Below are positions 61,801 through 64,000 of a DNA stretch of 64,000 nucleotides, in pieces. The stretch's first letter is position 1; the number at the start of each line of letters is the position of its first letter. The DNA comes from Trichoplax sp. H2. Taxonomy: Eukaryota. The stretch is taken from contig NOWV01000162.1 of assembly GCA_003344405.1 (NCBI GenBank), forward strand, positions 62,001-126,000, written 5' to 3'. A program made the position numbers and the translations under genes. The notes under the pieces are model-generated. The model was not told the DNA's origin. It searched no databases and was given only the letters and a program-made list of their open reading frames with translations.

Positions 61801-64000
61801 AGTTTTATCAATCGGTATTTGAAGCTCGGCTCTTGGAAGAGACAAAAAATTTCTATGCTCGTGAGCTTGCTCGACTAAGGGAATCTTATGATTTTTCAGG
61901 ATTCATAAAGGCCGTATGTAAAGCTTACATTTTATAATACGAATATAGATAGCTGTTATTTACCTATTTAAAGTTGCTAAACAATCTATGTGTCACATTA
62001 CATTTTCGCAGGTTAAGAATAGAATTGATGCTGAGCAACACCGGTGTCAGAAATTTTTTCATGTTAGTTCGCATAGTAAAGTACTGAAAGCGTGCATATC
62101 ACGACTAACAGCTGAACAGATAGACTATCTCAACTGCGAATGTGCACGACTTGTAAAAAATGAGTTAATCGACGGTAAGCATTGGACTTTTTATATAATA
62201 GATCTTTAGCGTAATAATGGATTGTAATTAAATTTCAGAGCCTTCGGTATATCATATTTTACAGTTGCAGTGCCAATAATAGATTCCAGACAATGTATCT
62301 AATTGATTTACATATATCACTTATAGATTTAAACTGTTTATATAAATTACTGAGATTGGTTGATAATGGTCTAAAAGTTATGCTTCAGGAGATAGAAAGT
62401 CATATCAAAAGAATTGGTAAGTTGCTTGTTATAAATTTATTCAGAAAAGTAAACTTGATACCACGCACTAAATATTATATAATACGAAATAGTACGCAAC
62501 ACTAGTAATAAAGTAAAAATGTTTTAGGCGTTGAAGTCACTGCTGACCTACGGAAGGAAAACGTACGATGAATTGAAGATTGTAGCAGATCGAATCTTTC
62601 CATACAATTTTAAATAAAGCATATTAAATTATTAACAAATTTTCTTTAAATGTCGTATTGTAGACTTGTGAAGATTATGTGAATGCTATGCTTAAGGTAT
62701 CCGATAGATTTTCGACACTGATCCAACAGGCTTTTGAGGAAGATCCGGAATTTAAGACAATCTTTGGAAAAGTAAACTAAAGCTGGCCAGAATATTTGAT
62801 ATATAGATATATTTATTAATTTAAGGCAGTATCAAATGACATCATTATTTAAAACATAGGCCATCAGAGCTGTAATAAATCATTCGAACTCTTCCAGTAC
62901 TCCTATCAGGGCTGCTGAAATTGTAAATGATACCGTAGCTTTTTCAATTAATTCTATTGATCAGTTTTATTCGGGTCGTTTCTGTCTGACTAATGTAACA
63001 TTTTTTATTAGCTCGCTAGATACGCGGACATTCTTTTGAAGAAAGGTTCGAAAAACTGGAGTGATGCTGAGTTGGATGATAAGCAATCTCACGTGGTTAA
63101 TAAAGAAGCCGAAATACGTTTTACTCTTCCTGTTTGATTTATAGCTTTTCTTACTCAAATTTATCGTTTCAGATTAACCTATTTAAATATGTGGACGATA
63201 AGGACCTATTTCAGAAGGTATTAGTTCAAGTTTTGCTTCTACAATTTAAGTAGCGATTTCCATTCGAAGAGTAGTGCAGAAGGCTATTTTAGCTACTACA
63301 GATCGCAAATCTCATTCATTGATTATATTTAGTTCTATAGCAAATTCTTAGCTAAGCGATTGATTATGAATGGATCGATATCGTTGGATGCTGAGGAAGA
63401 AATGATAAAAAAATTAAAGGTATTAAAAATTAAGTAAAATACTCAAATTTGTCTAGATTTCGGATATACATAGCCACATTTGATTGTAATATCTTCTTTG
63501 AATATCAGATTATTTGTGGTTACGAGTATACAAGCCGACTACATCAAATGTTCACAGATATACGTTTGAACGAAGGTGTAAACAGCGAATTTTCATCTTA
63601 TTTGAATAAGAAAAACATCAAATTAACCGTGAATTTTAGCGCCAGCGTCCTACAGGTATGTAGTCATGCAATAATATATCACTTAAAACTGCTGACTTTT
63701 TGTTTCTGTTACCGTTACCAGTCTGGAGCCTGGCCTTTAAATCAAACTTCTTCGCCATATTCTATACCACCAGATCTGGAAAGATCGCTCACAACGGTAT
63801 TATTCTAAGTTTGATACAATAAAATATTCACTTAGAGTTAATCTTAAATCTTTTTTCAGTTCGAAGAATACTACTGCACCTCGTTACACCGTGGAAGAAA
63901 ACTAGTTTGGTTACCTTACCTCTCTACTGGTAAAATTTAATACTTATAGAACGAAGTGTTTATAATTCGTATGCAGTTTTCTGTAAAACTAACCAATGCT
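58854..64000 (+). CDS. CUL2: Cullin-2, multi-exon, 3' truncated by window end
   Basis: MMRKSIDYDATW..WSDSI|SDIYSIC, GASYLNSMF|YLN, EIGQ|IAMQQW, LARYADILLKKG, LFKYVDDKDLFQK|FYSKFLAKRLI, DAEEEMIKKLK|IICGYEYTSRLHQMFTDI, VLQ|SGAWPL, HRGRKLVWL. Confidence 0.88.
58967..59707 (+). other. U12-type (minor spliceosome) GT-AG intron, first coding intron of CUL2
   Basis: Donor GTATCCTTA. Acceptor ..catgaaaaaag lacks a polypyrimidine tract and is preceded by ttttctttaat/tttcttact. Splicing gives in-frame WSDSISDIYSIC. Confidence 0.8.

Overview
AT-rich, gene-dense eukaryotic genomic DNA with short GT-AG introns. It is most consistent with an early-branching animal such as the placozoan Trichoplax (inference). 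Eleven protein-coding genes can be reconstructed by hand plus the 5' part of a twelfth: LCMT2/TYW4 (+), WDR75 (-), SUMO (+), KAT2/GCN5-PCAF (+), EFTUD2 (-), grancalcin/sorcin (+), TTLL4 (-), SH3BP5-like (+), SNAP47-like (-), an orphan membrane protein (+), PYM1 (-) and CUL2 (+, truncated by the window end). Most genes form head-to-head pairs. The shared promoters are saturated with TACAGTA/TACTGTA units that match the Tc1/mariner excision footprint. They also carry a family of palindromic CCAT(A/G)GAC...GTC(C/T)ATGG elements, ranging from 41-bp hairpins to a 392-bp MITE and a tandem array. Also seen: a U12-type intron in CUL2, a probable degenerate one in grancalcin, a GC-rich stem-loop in the SUMO 3'UTR, an unexplained ~215-nt multi-branched structured segment near 43750-43963, and a gene set whose human orthologues map mostly to Hox-bearing chromosome regions. 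Exon boundaries and folds were read by eye, not computed.
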